The notes beneath the pieces were generated by a model. It was not told the origin of the DNA. It ran no database searches and was given only the letters and a program-made list of their open reading frames with translations. The translations under genes were made by a program, and so were the position numbers. 32,000 nucleotides of DNA from Candidatus Arthromitus sp. SFB-mouse-Japan (GTDB lineage Bacteria; Bacillota; Clostridia; Clostridiales; Clostridiaceae). The stretch lies in the NCBI RefSeq assembly GCF_000270205.1, contig NC_015913.1, positions 360,001 to 392,000 on the forward strand. Reading direction: 5' to 3'. Of the stretch, positions 1 to 10,036 are shown in pieces (positions within the stretch are counted from its first letter, which is position 1; each line of letters begins with the position of its first letter).

Positions 1-863
1 ATAGTAGAAATGTAGATGGAGATATTACTCCTTTTAATTATGAAAAGGTACTTACTACTGAATTAGATAGTTTATTTACTGATATGAATAGTGTACTTAA
101 AAATAATAATTTAATAAATATTTTCACATTAAAATATTTATATAACAATTTAAAAATAATGTTAAAAAGTAAGTTATTAGATATTGATTCATCTAATTTA
201 ACGTTCGAGTTTAATGTTATTAATAATTTAGGTATATATGAAGCTGTATATAATGAAAATTATAAATATTTAGAGGAAAGAATTAGTAGTATTATCAAAT
301 TATTAATGAATAATTTTAATGATAATAAAGATCTTAGTGAGATAGATATTATGTTGGATAAATTTATGTTTGAAGATTTGAAAAAAAAATCGCGTGAAAT
401 TGGAGATAGTTTTATAATTAGTTATATAGATAAGTTAATTGATATATTTAATGTTAAAGCGTTATTTAGGATTAAAAAACTTGGATTAGATAAAAAAATA
501 TTAGATAGAGTAATTTGTGTTTCAGGAAATATAGATTTGGAAAGAATAAAATCTCTATTTATAGAAATTAATGATAATTTATTGATAAAATTTTCGAGTA
601 TTTATATATACAAATATATCAAAAGTGGAATTGAGAAATTTATTGATAACAATGAGGTTAGTTTGTTAGATATAGAACTAGATAATTATTTAATGAATTT
701 CCTAAAAAAAGGTAAGATATTTACATCTGGACTATCTCCTATTGTAGGATATATCAATGCTAAGGAGATGGAAGTAAGGAATCTTAGACTTATTATAATG
801 AGTAAAATTAATAACATTCCTTCAGAAGTTATAAGGGGGAGGTTAGTAGTAAATTATGTATAG
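1..863 (+). CDS. ntpC: V-type ATP synthase subunit C, 5'-truncated by the window edge
   Basis: The reading frame is open from nt 3 to the stop at 861-863, with no stop upstream of the tracked ATG at 84, so the gene starts outside the window. It sits directly 5' of the F-A-B-D subunit genes. Its stop overlaps the next start (ATGTATAG). The assignment rests on operon position plus a helical Leu/Ile/Lys-rich sequence. Confidence 0.75.
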   Translation, partial: SRNVDGDITPFNYEKVLTTELDSLFTDMNSVLKNNNLINIFTLKYLYNNLKIMLKSKLLDIDSSNLTFEFNVINNLGIYEAVYNENYKYLEERISSIIKLLMNNFNDNKDLSEIDIMLDKFMFEDLKKKSREIGDSFIISYIDKLIDIFNVKALFRIKKLGLDKKILDRVICVSGNIDLERIKSLFIEINDNLLIKFSSIYIYKYIKSGIEKFIDNNEVSLLDIELDNYLMNFLKKGKIFTSGLSPIVGYINAKEMEVRNLRLIIMSKINNIPSEVIRGRLVVNYV

Positions 864-1170
864 TATTGGGATTATAGGTGATAAAGATTCTGTATTTTCT
901 TTTAAGGCTTTGGGTGTTGAGACTTTTTTTTGTAATGAAAGAGATACAGATGGATGTATTCAGATCATAAAAAAATTAATATCTATGAATTATGGAGTTA
1001 TATTTATTACTGAAAATATAGCTAGAGGTGTATTGGATGTAATAGATAGATACCAGAAACATTATCTTCCGGTTATAGTTCTAATACCAGGTAGTCAAGG
1101 AAGTTTAGGAATTGGTATTTCTAGATTAAATGATAACGTTGAGAAAGCTATTGGTATAAATATTTTATAG
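856..1170 (+). CDS. ntpG: V-type ATP synthase subunit F
   Basis: A 104-aa ORF between subunits C and A. The pattern IGIIGDKDSVFSFKALGVE...VIFITE is typical of V/A-ATPase F subunits. The 8-nt overlap with the upstream stop suggests translational coupling. Confidence 0.8.
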   Translation: MYSIGIIGDKDSVFSFKALGVETFFCNERDTDGCIQIIKKLISMNYGVIFITENIARGVLDVIDRYQKHYLPVIVLIPGSQGSLGIGISRLNDNVEKAIGINIL

Positions 1171-1186
1171 AAAGGAGATATAAGGT

Positions 1187-2965
1187 TTGGATAATGGTAA
1201 AATTATTAAGGTTGCTGGACCATTAGTTATTGCTGAAGGTTTAGGTAATATCAAAATTTATGATGTTGTAAAAGTTGGTAAGAGAAAATTAATAGGTGAA
1301 GTAATAGAGATTAGATATAATCAAGCGTCTATACAGGTATATGAAGAAACATCTGGTATAGGTCCTGGAGATGAAGTAATATCTACAGGAGAGCCACTTA
1401 GTGTTGAGTTAGGACCTGGATTAATAGAGTCAATGTTTGATGGTATACAAAGACCATTAGAGGAGTATATGAAAGTATCTAATTCAAGTTTTTTAGAGAG
1501 AGGTGTAGAATTATTTTCTCTAAATAGAGAAAAAGTATGGGATTTTAAGCAGAGTGTTAATGTAGGAGATAAGGTTTCTACTGGAGATGTAATAGGTACT
1601 GTACAAGAAACACCATTGATTTTACATAAAATAATGGTACCTTATAATACGACAGGTATAGTTAAGGAAATAAAGACAGGGGAATTTAATATTACAGAAA
1701 TTATATGTGTAATAAGTACAGATAATGGCGATAAAGAAATAAGCATGTTACAAAAATGGCCTGTGAGAAGAGGTAGGCCTTATGTTAAAAAATTGAAGCC
1801 AGAAGAACCCCTGATAACTGGTCAAAGAGTAATAGATACTTTTTTTCCTGTTAGCAAGGGTGGTAGTGCATCAGTTCCTGGACCTTTTGGTGCTGGGAAA
1901 ACTGTCGTTCAACATCAAATTGCTAAGTGGGGAGATTCGGATATAGTTGTATATGTAGGATGTGGTGAGAGAGGAAATGAAATGACAGATGTTCTAATGG
2001 AATTTCCTGAACTTATAGATCCTAAGACTAATCAAAGTATAATGAAACGTACTGTTTTAATTGCCAATACATCTAATATGCCAGTTGCTGCTAGGGAAGC
2101 ATGTATATATACTGGTATAACAATAGCAGAATATTTTAGAGATATGGGATATTCTGTTTCGATTATGGCAGATTCAACATCTAGGTGGGCCGAAGCCTTA
2201 AGAGAAATGTCAGGAAGATTAGAAGAAATGCCGGGAGATGAAGGATATCCTGCTTATCTGGGATCTAGATTAGCTGAATTTTATGAAAGAGCTGGAAAAG
2301 TAGTATGTTTTGGAAATGATGAGAGAATTGGTGCTATTACTGCTATTGGAGCTGTATCTCCGCCAGGTGGAGATTTGTCTGAGCCAGTAACGCAAGCGAC
2401 TTTAAGGATAGTTAAGGTTTTTTGGGGACTAGATGCTCAATTAGCATATAAGAGGCATTTTCCAGCTATTAATTGGTTAAATTCGTATTCTTTATATGCG
2501 GATAGTGTAGGGAAATCAATTGAGAAAAATAATATTTATAGTAACTGGAATTTAATGAGATCTGAGGCCATGGAATTATTACAAGAAGAGTCTCAATTAG
2601 AAGAAATAGTTAGATTAGTTGGGGTTGATGCATTGTCAGATAAAGATAGATTAAAATTAGAATCTGCTAAGTCGATTAGGGAAGATTATTTGCAACAAAA
2701 TGGATTTCATGAAGTGGATACTTTTTCATCAATTGAAAAGCAATATAAGATGTTATCAGCAATATTAAAATTTAAATCTCAAGCAGAATGTGCTTTAGAA
2801 TCAGGAGTATATTTAGAAAAAATACTAGAATTACCTATAAGAGATAAAATAGCAAGATTAAAGTATGTGCCTGAAAAAGATATAAATAAAATCGATGATG
2901 TAGTAGAAGATTTAGAAATGGACATAAAAAATTTGATTGAGAAGGAGGGAGTAATCGGTGATTAA
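1187..2965 (+). CDS. ntpA: V-type ATP synthase catalytic subunit A
   Basis: 592 aa with Walker A GPFGAGKT, the non-homologous insert typical of V/A-type A subunits, and the motifs [10 protein letters not shown] and [12 protein letters not shown] start with a GGAG 9 nt upstream. Confidence 0.97.
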   Translation: MDNGKIIKVAGPLVIAEGLGNIKIYDVVKVGKRKLIGEVIEIRYNQASIQVYEETSGIGPGDEVISTGEPLSVELGPGLIESMFDGIQRPLEEYMKVSNSSFLERGVELFSLNREKVWDFKQSVNVGDKVSTGDVIGTVQETPLILHKIMVPYNTTGIVKEIKTGEFNITEIICVISTDNGDKEISMLQKWPVRRGRPYVKKLKPEEPLITGQRVIDTFFPVSKGGSASVPGPFGAGKTVVQHQIAKWGDSDIVVYVGCGERGNEMTDVLMEFPELIDPKTNQSIMKRTVLIANTSNMPVAAREACIYTGITIAEYFRDMGYSVSIMADSTSRWAEALREMSGRLEEMPGDEGYPAYLGSRLAEFYERAGKVVCFGNDERIGAITAIGAVSPPGGDLSEPVTQATLRIVKVFWGLDAQLAYKRHFPAINWLNSYSLYADSVGKSIEKNNIYSNWNLMRSEAMELLQEESQLEEIVRLVGVDALSDKDRLKLESAKSIREDYLQQNGFHEVDTFSSIEKQYKMLSAILKFKSQAECALESGVYLEKILELPIRDKIARLKYVPEKDINKIDDVVEDLEMDIKNLIEKEGVIGD

Positions 2966-4337
2966 GGAATATAGCACTATTAGAGAGGTTGTTGGACCGC
3001 TTATGATGGTTGATGAAGTGTTTGGAGTAAAATATGATGAACTAGTGGATATAGAACTTGGTAATGGTGAGAAGAGAAGAGGTAAAGTATTAGAAGTTAA
3101 TGGTTCAAAAGCTATGGTTCAGATTTTTGAAGGTTCTAGTGGAATATCTCCGTTTATGACTAAATGTAAATTTCTAGCAAGACCTCTACAATTAGGTGTA
3201 TCTGAGGATATGTTAGGTAGAGTTTTTGATGGTATGGGTAAACCTAAGGATAATGGACCAGATATAATTCCTGAGTTTAAAAGAGATATAAATGGGATAG
3301 CGATTAATCCTGTTGCAAGAGATTACCCATCAGAATTTATACAGACCGGTATATCAGCAATAGATCATTTAAATACTTTAGTTAGAGGACAGAAATTACC
3401 AGTATTCTCTGCTTCAGGATTACCACATTCTCAGTTAGCTGCACAAATTGCTAGGCAAGCAAGAGTTTTAAATTCAGATTCTAAGTTTGCCATTGTTTTT
3501 GCAGCTATGGGTATAACATTTGAGGAAGCACAATTCTTCATAGATGATTTTACAGAAACCGGAGCTATAGATAAGTCTGTATTATTTATGAATCTTGCTA
3601 ATGACCCTGCTATAGAGAGAATAGCTACACCTAAAATGGCATTAACATGTGCTGAATATCTAGCCTATGATAAAGGGATGCATGTACTTGTTATAATGAC
3701 AGATATGACTAATTATGCAGAGGCTCTTAGGGAAGTATCAGCAGCTAGAAAGGAAGTGCCTGGAAGAAGAGGATATCCTGGATATTTGTATACTGATTTA
3801 TCCAATTTATATGAGAGAGCTGGAAGATTGAAAGGAAAATCAGGATCAATAACTCAGATACCTATTTTAACTATGCCTGAGGAGGATAAGACGCATCCAA
3901 TTCCAGATTTAACTGGTTATATAACTGAAGGTCAAATAATTTTATCTAAAGAGTTATATAAAAAAGGTATATTTCCTCCTATAGATGTATTACCGTCTTT
4001 GTCCAGACTTAAGGATAAAGGAATTGGTAAAGGTAAGACAAGAGAGGATCATGCAGATACTATGAATCAATTATTTTCTGCGTATTCTCAAGGTAAGCAG
4101 GCTAAAGAATTATCTTCTATTCTTGGGGAATCAGCGTTATCGGAAATTGATTTGAAGTATGCCAAGTTTGCGGAAGCATTTGAAGGTAGATATTTGAATC
4201 AAGGATTTGATACAAATAGATCTATAGATGAAACTTTGAAATTGGGATGGGAATTATTAGGAATTATTCCAAGGTCAGAGCTTAAGAGAATTAGAGATGA
4301 GTATTTAGATAAATACTTTAAAATAGATCAAACTTAA
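2958..4337 (+). CDS. ntpB: V-type ATP synthase subunit B
   Basis: 459 aa with the motifs [31 protein letters not shown] and [16 protein letters not shown] start after AAGGAGGGAG. Overlaps the ntpA stop by 8 nt (GTGATTAA). Confidence 0.97.
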   Translation: MIKEYSTIREVVGPLMMVDEVFGVKYDELVDIELGNGEKRRGKVLEVNGSKAMVQIFEGSSGISPFMTKCKFLARPLQLGVSEDMLGRVFDGMGKPKDNGPDIIPEFKRDINGIAINPVARDYPSEFIQTGISAIDHLNTLVRGQKLPVFSASGLPHSQLAAQIARQARVLNSDSKFAIVFAAMGITFEEAQFFIDDFTETGAIDKSVLFMNLANDPAIERIATPKMALTCAEYLAYDKGMHVLVIMTDMTNYAEALREVSAARKEVPGRRGYPGYLYTDLSNLYERAGRLKGKSGSITQIPILTMPEEDKTHPIPDLTGYITEGQIILSKELYKKGIFPPIDVLPSLSRLKDKGIGKGKTREDHADTMNQLFSAYSQGKQAKELSSILGESALSEIDLKYAKFAEAFEGRYLNQGFDTNRSIDETLKLGWELLGIIPRSELKRIRDEYLDKYFKIDQT

Positions 4338-4349
4338 GGATGATTTGTT

Positions 4350-4982
4350 ATGAATAAATTGAATGTTAATCCAACAAGAATGGAGTTAACAAAATTAAAG
4401 AAGAGACTGTCTGTAGCTACTAGAGGATATAAACTTTTAAAAGATAAGCAAGATGAATTAATAAGGAGATTTATAATACTCATAAAGTATAATAATGACC
4501 TTAGAAAGAAAGTTGAGAATAAATTATCTGATTCTTTTAAAGATTTTGTAATATCACGAGGAATTTTAGGGAACGAATTTTTAGATGAAGCTATGATATA
4601 TTCATCTAATAAAGTTAGATTAGATATTGGCACTAAAAATATAATGAGCGTTAATGTTCCAGTTTTAAAATTTGATGATGTTCCAAATTATTCAGATCGC
4701 ATTCAATATGGATTTTTTAATACCAATTCCGAACTTGATAGTGCAATTATAAATTTAAGATCTATATTTTCAGAGTTACTTGAATTAGCAGAAGTTGAAA
4801 AATCATCTCAACTTATGGCAGATGAAATAGAGAAAACTAGACGTAGGGTAAATGCTTTGGAATATAGAACTATACCAGATTTGAAAGAAACAATAAAGTA
4901 TATTAGAATGAAATTAGATGAGAATGAAAGGGGAGCATTAACAAGATTAATGAAGGTTAAGGATATAATTAATGATAGATAA
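4350..4982 (+). CDS. ntpD: V-type ATP synthase subunit D
   Basis: 210 aa beginning [27 protein letters not shown], the canonical V-ATPase D N-terminus. Last gene of the operon. Confidence 0.92.
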   Translation: MNKLNVNPTRMELTKLKKRLSVATRGYKLLKDKQDELIRRFIILIKYNNDLRKKVENKLSDSFKDFVISRGILGNEFLDEAMIYSSNKVRLDIGTKNIMSVNVPVLKFDDVPNYSDRIQYGFFNTNSELDSAIINLRSIFSELLELAEVEKSSQLMADEIEKTRRRVNALEYRTIPDLKETIKYIRMKLDENERGALTRLMKVKDIINDR

Positions 4983-4984
4983 GG

Positions 4985-5018
4985 TTAAGAGACTACTTTA
5001 TATTTAGTGGTCTCTTAA
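4985..5018 (+). terminator. Stem-loop after ntpD (operon terminator candidate)
   Basis: 13-bp stem ttaagagactact / agtggtctcttaa (one G-U) with an 8-nt loop, 3 nt after the ntpD stop. There is no long T-run afterwards, hence moderate confidence. Confidence 0.55.
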
Positions 5019-5075
5019 TGTCATTGGAATTTAATGATGTACAAACTATAATAATGATATGTATAAAAGGTAAGA

Positions 5076-5612
5076 ATGATTAATAGATTAAAGTTTAATA
5101 ATAGATTGATTTATATTTTACTATGGATTATTTTTATAATTATAATACCTGTTTATCTTGCCAATAATTTAGTAAAAAGTGTATTTTTTGTAACTGTAAC
5201 TTCCAATTCTATGTATCCAACAGTGAAGAGTGGTGATAGGTTAATAATTTATAGAAATTATAGAAATATTAAGAGGAATGATATAATTGTATTTTATTCA
5301 GAAGAATTGGATAAGAATCTTATTAAAAGAGTTATAGCTGTCCCTGGAGATATTATAGATTTAGATGAAAATTTAAACCTTATGGTTAATGGAGAGAAGG
5401 TTGCTGAATCTAATTATTTTATTAATAGAAATTGTCTTATACATAATCAATTTGTTGTACCAGATGAATCATATTTTGTAATAGGAGATAATTTTGATAA
5501 TTCATTTGATTCTAGATTTTGGAATAATAAATTTGTATGTAGTAATTCGATATTGGGACGTGCAGTTATATTATTTTATCCTATTGAAAGATTTAAGTAT
5601 TTGTTTATATAG
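5076..5612 (+). CDS. lepB: Signal peptidase I (S26 family)
   Basis: 178 aa with an N-terminal TM helix, the catalytic Ser box SNSMYPT, the Lys box IKRVIAVPGD, and GDNFDNSFDSRFW. Confidence 0.9.
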   Translation: MINRLKFNNRLIYILLWIIFIIIIPVYLANNLVKSVFFVTVTSNSMYPTVKSGDRLIIYRNYRNIKRNDIIVFYSEELDKNLIKRVIAVPGDIIDLDENLNLMVNGEKVAESNYFINRNCLIHNQFVVPDESYFVIGDNFDNSFDSRFWNNKFVCSNSILGRAVILFYPIERFKYLFI

Positions 5613-5725
5613 ATTAATTGTGTATTAATAATTTAAAATATAATATAGTTTATTTTTTACTTAACTATATATGTAAATTGTTCATAATATATATATAAGA
5701 TAATAAAAATTTTAGGGTTGATATT

Positions 5726-6802
5726 ATGACTTATGCTTTGATATTGGCAGGTGGGAGAGGTCTAAGGTTATACCCACTTTCCAGAAGGAAAAAACCAAAA
5801 CAGTTTTTAGATATGATAGAGGGTAAAAGTCTATTATATAATACTATTTCTCGGGTTTCTAAAATAATTAGCAGTGATAGGATATATATTGTTACAAATA
5901 AGGAATTTGTAGATAATGTTGTTTTAGAATCTATGAATTTTATAGATAAATCTAATATAATTATTGAACCTTATGATAAAGAAACTGCTGTATGTATTGC
6001 TCTAGCATCAGTTAAATTACTAAAAAAAGATAAAGATGCTAATATCTTAATATTTCCATCGGATCATTATATAAAAGAATGTGATAATTTTTATGAGGTT
6101 ATAGATTGTGCTATTAATATATCAAATAGAAAGAGATATATAGTTACTATAGGAATTAAGCCTACTATGCCTAATATGGGATATGGGTATATAAAAATTG
6201 GAGAAAAATTGAATTATAATTGTAATTTAGATATATATAGAGTAGCTAATTTTATAGAAAAACCCAATTTTGAAATGGCAAAGGATTTTATATCAGCTGG
6301 CAATTATTTGTGGAATAGTGGTATTTTTTGTTTTAGGGCAGATATATATTTAGGAGAGGTGAAAAAATATTTACCTAATATATATAATTCTATGATTAAA
6401 ATATATAAGACTATTGATGATAAAAATCAAGATTTTTTTGTAAATAGTATTTATTCTGAGTTAGATGCTATTTCTATAGATTTTGGCGTCATGCAAAAAA
6501 CTAGGAGGGCATATGTCATTGAAGGATTATTTGAGTGGGATGACATAGGTAGTTTTACATCCCTTAAGAAATTTTTGTATTTGTATGATACTAATTTTGT
6601 TATGGGAAATGTTTTATGCGAAAAAAGTAAAAATTGTATAATTTTCGGTAATGATAATTTAACAATTACTTTTGGTGTTAAGGATCTTATTGTTGTTAAT
6701 TCTGATAATGTTACTCTAATTTTAGATAAGAATAGAGAACAAGAGATGAAATATATTTCTAATATTTTAAGTGATAATGATAATTTTGATAAATTTATAT
6801 AA
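5726..6802 (+). CDS. manC: Mannose-1-phosphate guanylyltransferase (nucleotidyltransferase only, no C-terminal isomerase/cupin domain)
   Basis: 358 aa with the N-terminal LILAGGRGLRLYPLSRRKKPKQF nucleotidyltransferase signature, then FPSDHYI, GYGYI and FIEKP motifs. Confidence 0.85.
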   Translation: MTYALILAGGRGLRLYPLSRRKKPKQFLDMIEGKSLLYNTISRVSKIISSDRIYIVTNKEFVDNVVLESMNFIDKSNIIIEPYDKETAVCIALASVKLLKKDKDANILIFPSDHYIKECDNFYEVIDCAINISNRKRYIVTIGIKPTMPNMGYGYIKIGEKLNYNCNLDIYRVANFIEKPNFEMAKDFISAGNYLWNSGIFCFRADIYLGEVKKYLPNIYNSMIKIYKTIDDKNQDFFVNSIYSELDAISIDFGVMQKTRRAYVIEGLFEWDDIGSFTSLKKFLYLYDTNFVMGNVLCEKSKNCIIFGNDNLTITFGVKDLIVVNSDNVTLILDKNREQEMKYISNILSDNDNFDKFI

Positions 6803-6805
6803 TGA

Positions 6806-7483
6806 ATGTTTATTAAGAGGTATATAATCTTGAAAAAAGAAAAGTCAGTATTTAAAACAGCATTTAGTGATACTAAAGAAAAGACGATAATAGATATTGG
6901 CAAATTAGAGAGTTTAAGCATAAATGAAGTGAAAATTAATTCTAGATATTTTGCATGTGTTAATGTTTATACTGATAATCTATACAGAGGTCTAATTTTA
7001 GATAATCCAATAATTGATGTTATTATAAATGATCAATATGTTCAAATAAGTGGTCTTGTAGTAGGTAAGATATATGATAATATGATTCTTAGTTTGGAGT
7101 ATATAGATGGTAGTAAGTTATATTTATTAGAAACTTTTACTTTGAGTAATTCTGATAAATTATCAGAATATATATGTAAAAATTATAAATTAGCTTTTAA
7201 AGAAGATATTAGTGAAGAGGAGTTTAATGATTGGTATTTTAAAATACAGAATGATAATAGTAAAATAAATGATTTTATATATGATGTATTGAGTAATATT
7301 GATACATTAGAGTTAGATAGATTTATTAATTTAGTATATAGATTAATTTTTGATAAAGATATAGATAATGAATCGTTTAATTATTGGAAAAACTTTTATG
7401 AATATGAGCTTAAGAGTGGTAAATTTGAACGAAATATTAAAATAGATATTATAGATAAGATTTTTAATTCTAAGCAGATTTAA
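6806..7483 (+). CDS. Hypothetical protein with two C-terminal DUF4214-like repeats
   Basis: 225 aa starting 3 nt after the manC stop. An alternative TTG start at 6830 lies 9 nt after AAGAGG. The C-terminal half carries two copies of the DUF4214-like pattern (ICKNYKLAFKEDISEEEFNDWYFKI and INLVYRLIFDKDIDNESFNYWKNF). No signal peptide is seen. Confidence 0.7.
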   Translation: MFIKRYIILKKEKSVFKTAFSDTKEKTIIDIGKLESLSINEVKINSRYFACVNVYTDNLYRGLILDNPIIDVIINDQYVQISGLVVGKIYDNMILSLEYIDGSKLYLLETFTLSNSDKLSEYICKNYKLAFKEDISEEEFNDWYFKIQNDNSKINDFIYDVLSNIDTLELDRFINLVYRLIFDKDIDNESFNYWKNFYEYELKSGKFERNIKIDIIDKIFNSKQI

Positions 7484-7516
7484 AAATTTATTTTAGAAAT
7501 CATTAGGAGGATAGTA

Positions 7517-8185
7517 ATGGAAAACATAATAAATCCATCAATTTTATCAGCGAATTTTATCAATTTAGAAAGGGATTTATATCAATTAAAAGAAAGTGGT
7601 ATAAATAAGATACATGTTGATGTTATGGATGGACATTTTGTACCTAATATAACTTTCGGGGTTGATCAGATAAAACAATTAAAGGAATCTACTGATTTTT
7701 ATTTAGATTGTCATCTTATGGTTCAGAACCCTGAAACTATAATAGATAAATTAATAGATATATCCGTAGGATGTATAACATTGCATGTAGAATCAAGCAA
7801 TCATATTTATAAACTTGTACAAGAAGTAAAGAAGTGTAATGTTGACTGCGGCATAGCATTAAATCCAGGAACTTCTATATATAATATCATAGATTTATTA
7901 GATATAATTGATAAGATATTAATAATGACGGTTAATCCCGGATTTGGTGGACAAAAATTTATAGAGCATATGTTAAAAAAGATAAGATTGTTAAGTAGTA
8001 TAATGAATAGATATAATATTAATAGTAAAATTATACAAGTAGATGGAGGAATAAATTTGTATAATATAGATACAATATACGATTTGGGAGTTAGGGATAT
8101 AGTTGTAGGTTCTTATATTTTTAGTGGGGATTCTATTTACAATAATATAAATGGATTAAAAAATAAGATAAGTCGATTTATGTAG
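7517..8185 (+). CDS. rpe: Ribulose-phosphate 3-epimerase
   Basis: 222 aa with PSILSANF, HVDVMDGHFVPNITFG, MTVNPGFGGQKF and VDGGIN. Strong RBS AGGAGG. Confidence 0.95.
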   Translation: MENIINPSILSANFINLERDLYQLKESGINKIHVDVMDGHFVPNITFGVDQIKQLKESTDFYLDCHLMVQNPETIIDKLIDISVGCITLHVESSNHIYKLVQEVKKCNVDCGIALNPGTSIYNIIDLLDIIDKILIMTVNPGFGGQKFIEHMLKKIRLLSSIMNRYNINSKIIQVDGGINLYNIDTIYDLGVRDIVVGSYIFSGDSIYNNINGLKNKISRFM

Positions 8186-8205
8186 ATTGACTTATCTTGT
8201 TTTTG
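8166..8205 (+). terminator. Intrinsic terminator after rpe
   Basis: 9-bp stem agataagtc / gacttatct spanning the rpe stop codon, followed by tgtttttg. Confidence 0.6.
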
Positions 8206-8261
8206 TATATAAAGTAAAAAAAATGAAATAATTCATACTAGAATTGGAGGAGGATACATAG

Positions 8262-8813
8262 ATGATTAAATATTTTTTTGTTATAATGATATTTTTATGT
8301 ATTAATAAATTTTTGATTTTTATAAGAATACGTATTGAAACTAAGTTTAAAAATAATTTTAAAACAAGATCAATAATTAATAGAATTGATTTAATAGATT
8401 ATGGAGTAGATTATTATTTATTATTGTGTAAGTATATAATATCTAAAATGAAAGATATAAGTGATATTGTTATTGAAGATATTAGTGGAAGGGAAGTTGT
8501 AGACATAAAATTTAATCAAAATGGCAAAATGGTATATTGCTCCTGCATATTAAAGGATAGATTAGAAAATAAAAAATTTGATTTAGTTACGTATTATGAA
8601 GTATTGGATTTATTAAATTATATGATTAAAGATAATGTAAATAGAGGTATAATATTTGTTAATTCAGATTTAATTGAAGATGCAAGTAAATTTATAAACG
8701 ATATAAATTTAAATTCTAATAAGTATAAAATAGATATAGTAAGTGGGTATGATATAATTAAATTTGCTCGTAAACGTAATGAAGAGTATAACAAGGAGCT
8801 ATTATATGCTTAA
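8262..8813 (+). CDS. Membrane-anchored protein with degenerate restriction-endonuclease-like (Mrr/PD-(D/E)xK-like) domain, paralog 1
   Basis: 183 aa with a strong RBS GGAGGAGG and an N-terminal hydrophobic helix (FFVIMIFLCINKFLIFI). The soluble domain pattern EVVDIKF..GKMVYCSCILK..RGIIFVNSDLIEDASKFI..IDIVSGYDI resembles the Mrr catalytic-domain layout by eye. Confidence 0.6.
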   Translation: MIKYFFVIMIFLCINKFLIFIRIRIETKFKNNFKTRSIINRIDLIDYGVDYYLLLCKYIISKMKDISDIVIEDISGREVVDIKFNQNGKMVYCSCILKDRLENKKFDLVTYYEVLDLLNYMIKDNVNRGIIFVNSDLIEDASKFINDINLNSNKYKIDIVSGYDIIKFARKRNEEYNKELLYA

Positions 8814-9300
8814 TTTTTATGGATTTATGATATTTATATGTGTATTGATTATTTTACCAATTTTAATTAATATATTTGATAATTTATTTAATATATTTAA
8901 AATATTAAATAATAGAATATCTGTATTAGATAAGGTTTTAGAGTTTGATAATATGGAATTATCTGACTTTGCTTTAGAATTTTTAATGCGAGCATACAAC
9001 TATAGATTTAAGATTAAGAATGATAGTATATATTTATATGATGATTTTTGTGAATGGTTTTTATATTATGATAATAGTACTTGTAATGTACTGAGTTTAT
9101 ACGATGTTAGAAATATAATTGGAATTTGTGAAAGTAAGGGATGCAAAAATATATTTATTTTTACAACAGGAATTATAAATGATGATATAAGAAGTTTTTT
9201 AGATAGAACATATAGTTATAAATTTAAATTCATTCATGGAGATGATTTGAAACTAGATTATAGTCAGTTAGTTAATAAGTTTTATATTTATAAGATGTAG
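8806..9300 (+). CDS. Membrane-anchored paralog 2 of the preceding protein
   Basis: The tracked ORF starts at 8764, but the ATG at 8806 has an AGGAG 8 nt upstream and begins directly with a TM helix (MLNFYGFMIFICVLIILPILINIF). Its start overlaps the upstream stop (ATGCTTAA). The C-terminal half aligns by eye with paralog 1 (KNIFIFTTGIINDDIRSFL..FKFIHGDDL). Confidence 0.6.
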   Translation: MLNFYGFMIFICVLIILPILINIFDNLFNIFKILNNRISVLDKVLEFDNMELSDFALEFLMRAYNYRFKIKNDSIYLYDDFCEWFLYYDNSTCNVLSLYDVRNIIGICESKGCKNIFIFTTGIINDDIRSFLDRTYSYKFKFIHGDDLKLDYSQLVNKFYIYKM

Positions 9301-9403
9301 TATTTATTTTATTTTGCTTTAAAATAGTGTAGAATTAGTTAATCATATTGTCAATAGTAGAATTTAGAAATGTATATTTATTAATTAAAGGGGATATGTA
9401 ACA

Positions 9404-10027
9404 ATGTCTAGTAAGATATCTAAAGTAGTAATAAAAAGGTTGCCTAAATATTTAAGAGTTTTAGAAGGTTTTTTGATACGAGAGATTGAGAGAGTATCAT
9501 CTAGGGAACTTGCAATAAAATTAGGTTCGACAGCATCTCAGGTTAGACAAGACTTTAATTGTTTTGGAGATTTTGGACAACATGGATATGGATATAAAGT
9601 TAAGGAACTATACTTAAAAATTAAGGAAATATTAGGTTTAAGCAAAAAATATAACTGTATTGTTATAGGTGCTGGAAATATAGGACAAGCTATTATGAAT
9701 TATTCAAAGTTTTTTACTATGGGTTTTAATATAGAAGCTATATTTGATATAAATCCTAAGATTATTGGGTTATCTTTTAGAGGTATAGAGGTATTGGATA
9801 TTGAATTATTAAATGATTACATAAAAAATAATAAAATTGATTTAGCGATATTGTGTGTTCCTGAATTTCAAGCTGAATCTATATATACAGTATTAAAAGA
9901 TAGGGTAATTGGAATTTGGAATTTTGCAACAGTAGATTTAGTATCTACTGAAAAAACATTTGTTGAAAATGTCAACTTAAATGATAGTTTATTTACATTA
10001 ACATATTTTATAAATAATGGAGTTTAA
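9404..10027 (+). CDS. rex: Redox-sensing transcriptional repressor Rex
   Basis: 207 aa with the N-terminal winged helix VIKRLPKYLRVLE..SSRELA..STASQVRQDF..FG..GYGY and a Rossmann motif VIGAGNIGQA. Confidence 0.93.
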   Translation: MSSKISKVVIKRLPKYLRVLEGFLIREIERVSSRELAIKLGSTASQVRQDFNCFGDFGQHGYGYKVKELYLKIKEILGLSKKYNCIVIGAGNIGQAIMNYSKFFTMGFNIEAIFDINPKIIGLSFRGIEVLDIELLNDYIKNNKIDLAILCVPEFQAESIYTVLKDRVIGIWNFATVDLVSTEKTFVENVNLNDSLFTLTYFINNGV

Positions 10028-10036
10028 AGATAAGTA

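Noticed and set aside
4334-4633. 99-aa minus-strand ORF antisense to the ntpB/ntpD junction. The same applies to the other antisense or alternate-frame track ORFs: 6451-6921, 8817-8999, 11880-12089, 17909-18121, 18187-18387, 18711-18947, 22842-23066, 25710-25955 and 30743-30985.
   Set aside because: Each lies entirely or largely inside a well-supported gene on the opposite strand. They have low-complexity Ile/Leu/Ser/Asn-rich translations typical of AT-rich antisense frames, and no RBS or recognisable motif. They are most likely spurious.
9301-9403. Possible Rex operator (autoregulation) upstream of rex, around ttagttaatcatattgtcaa.
   Set aside because: Only one half-site resembles the clostridial Rex box TTGTTAAnnnnTTAACAA, and the second half has about 5 mismatches. 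This is not distinguishable from AT-rich background.
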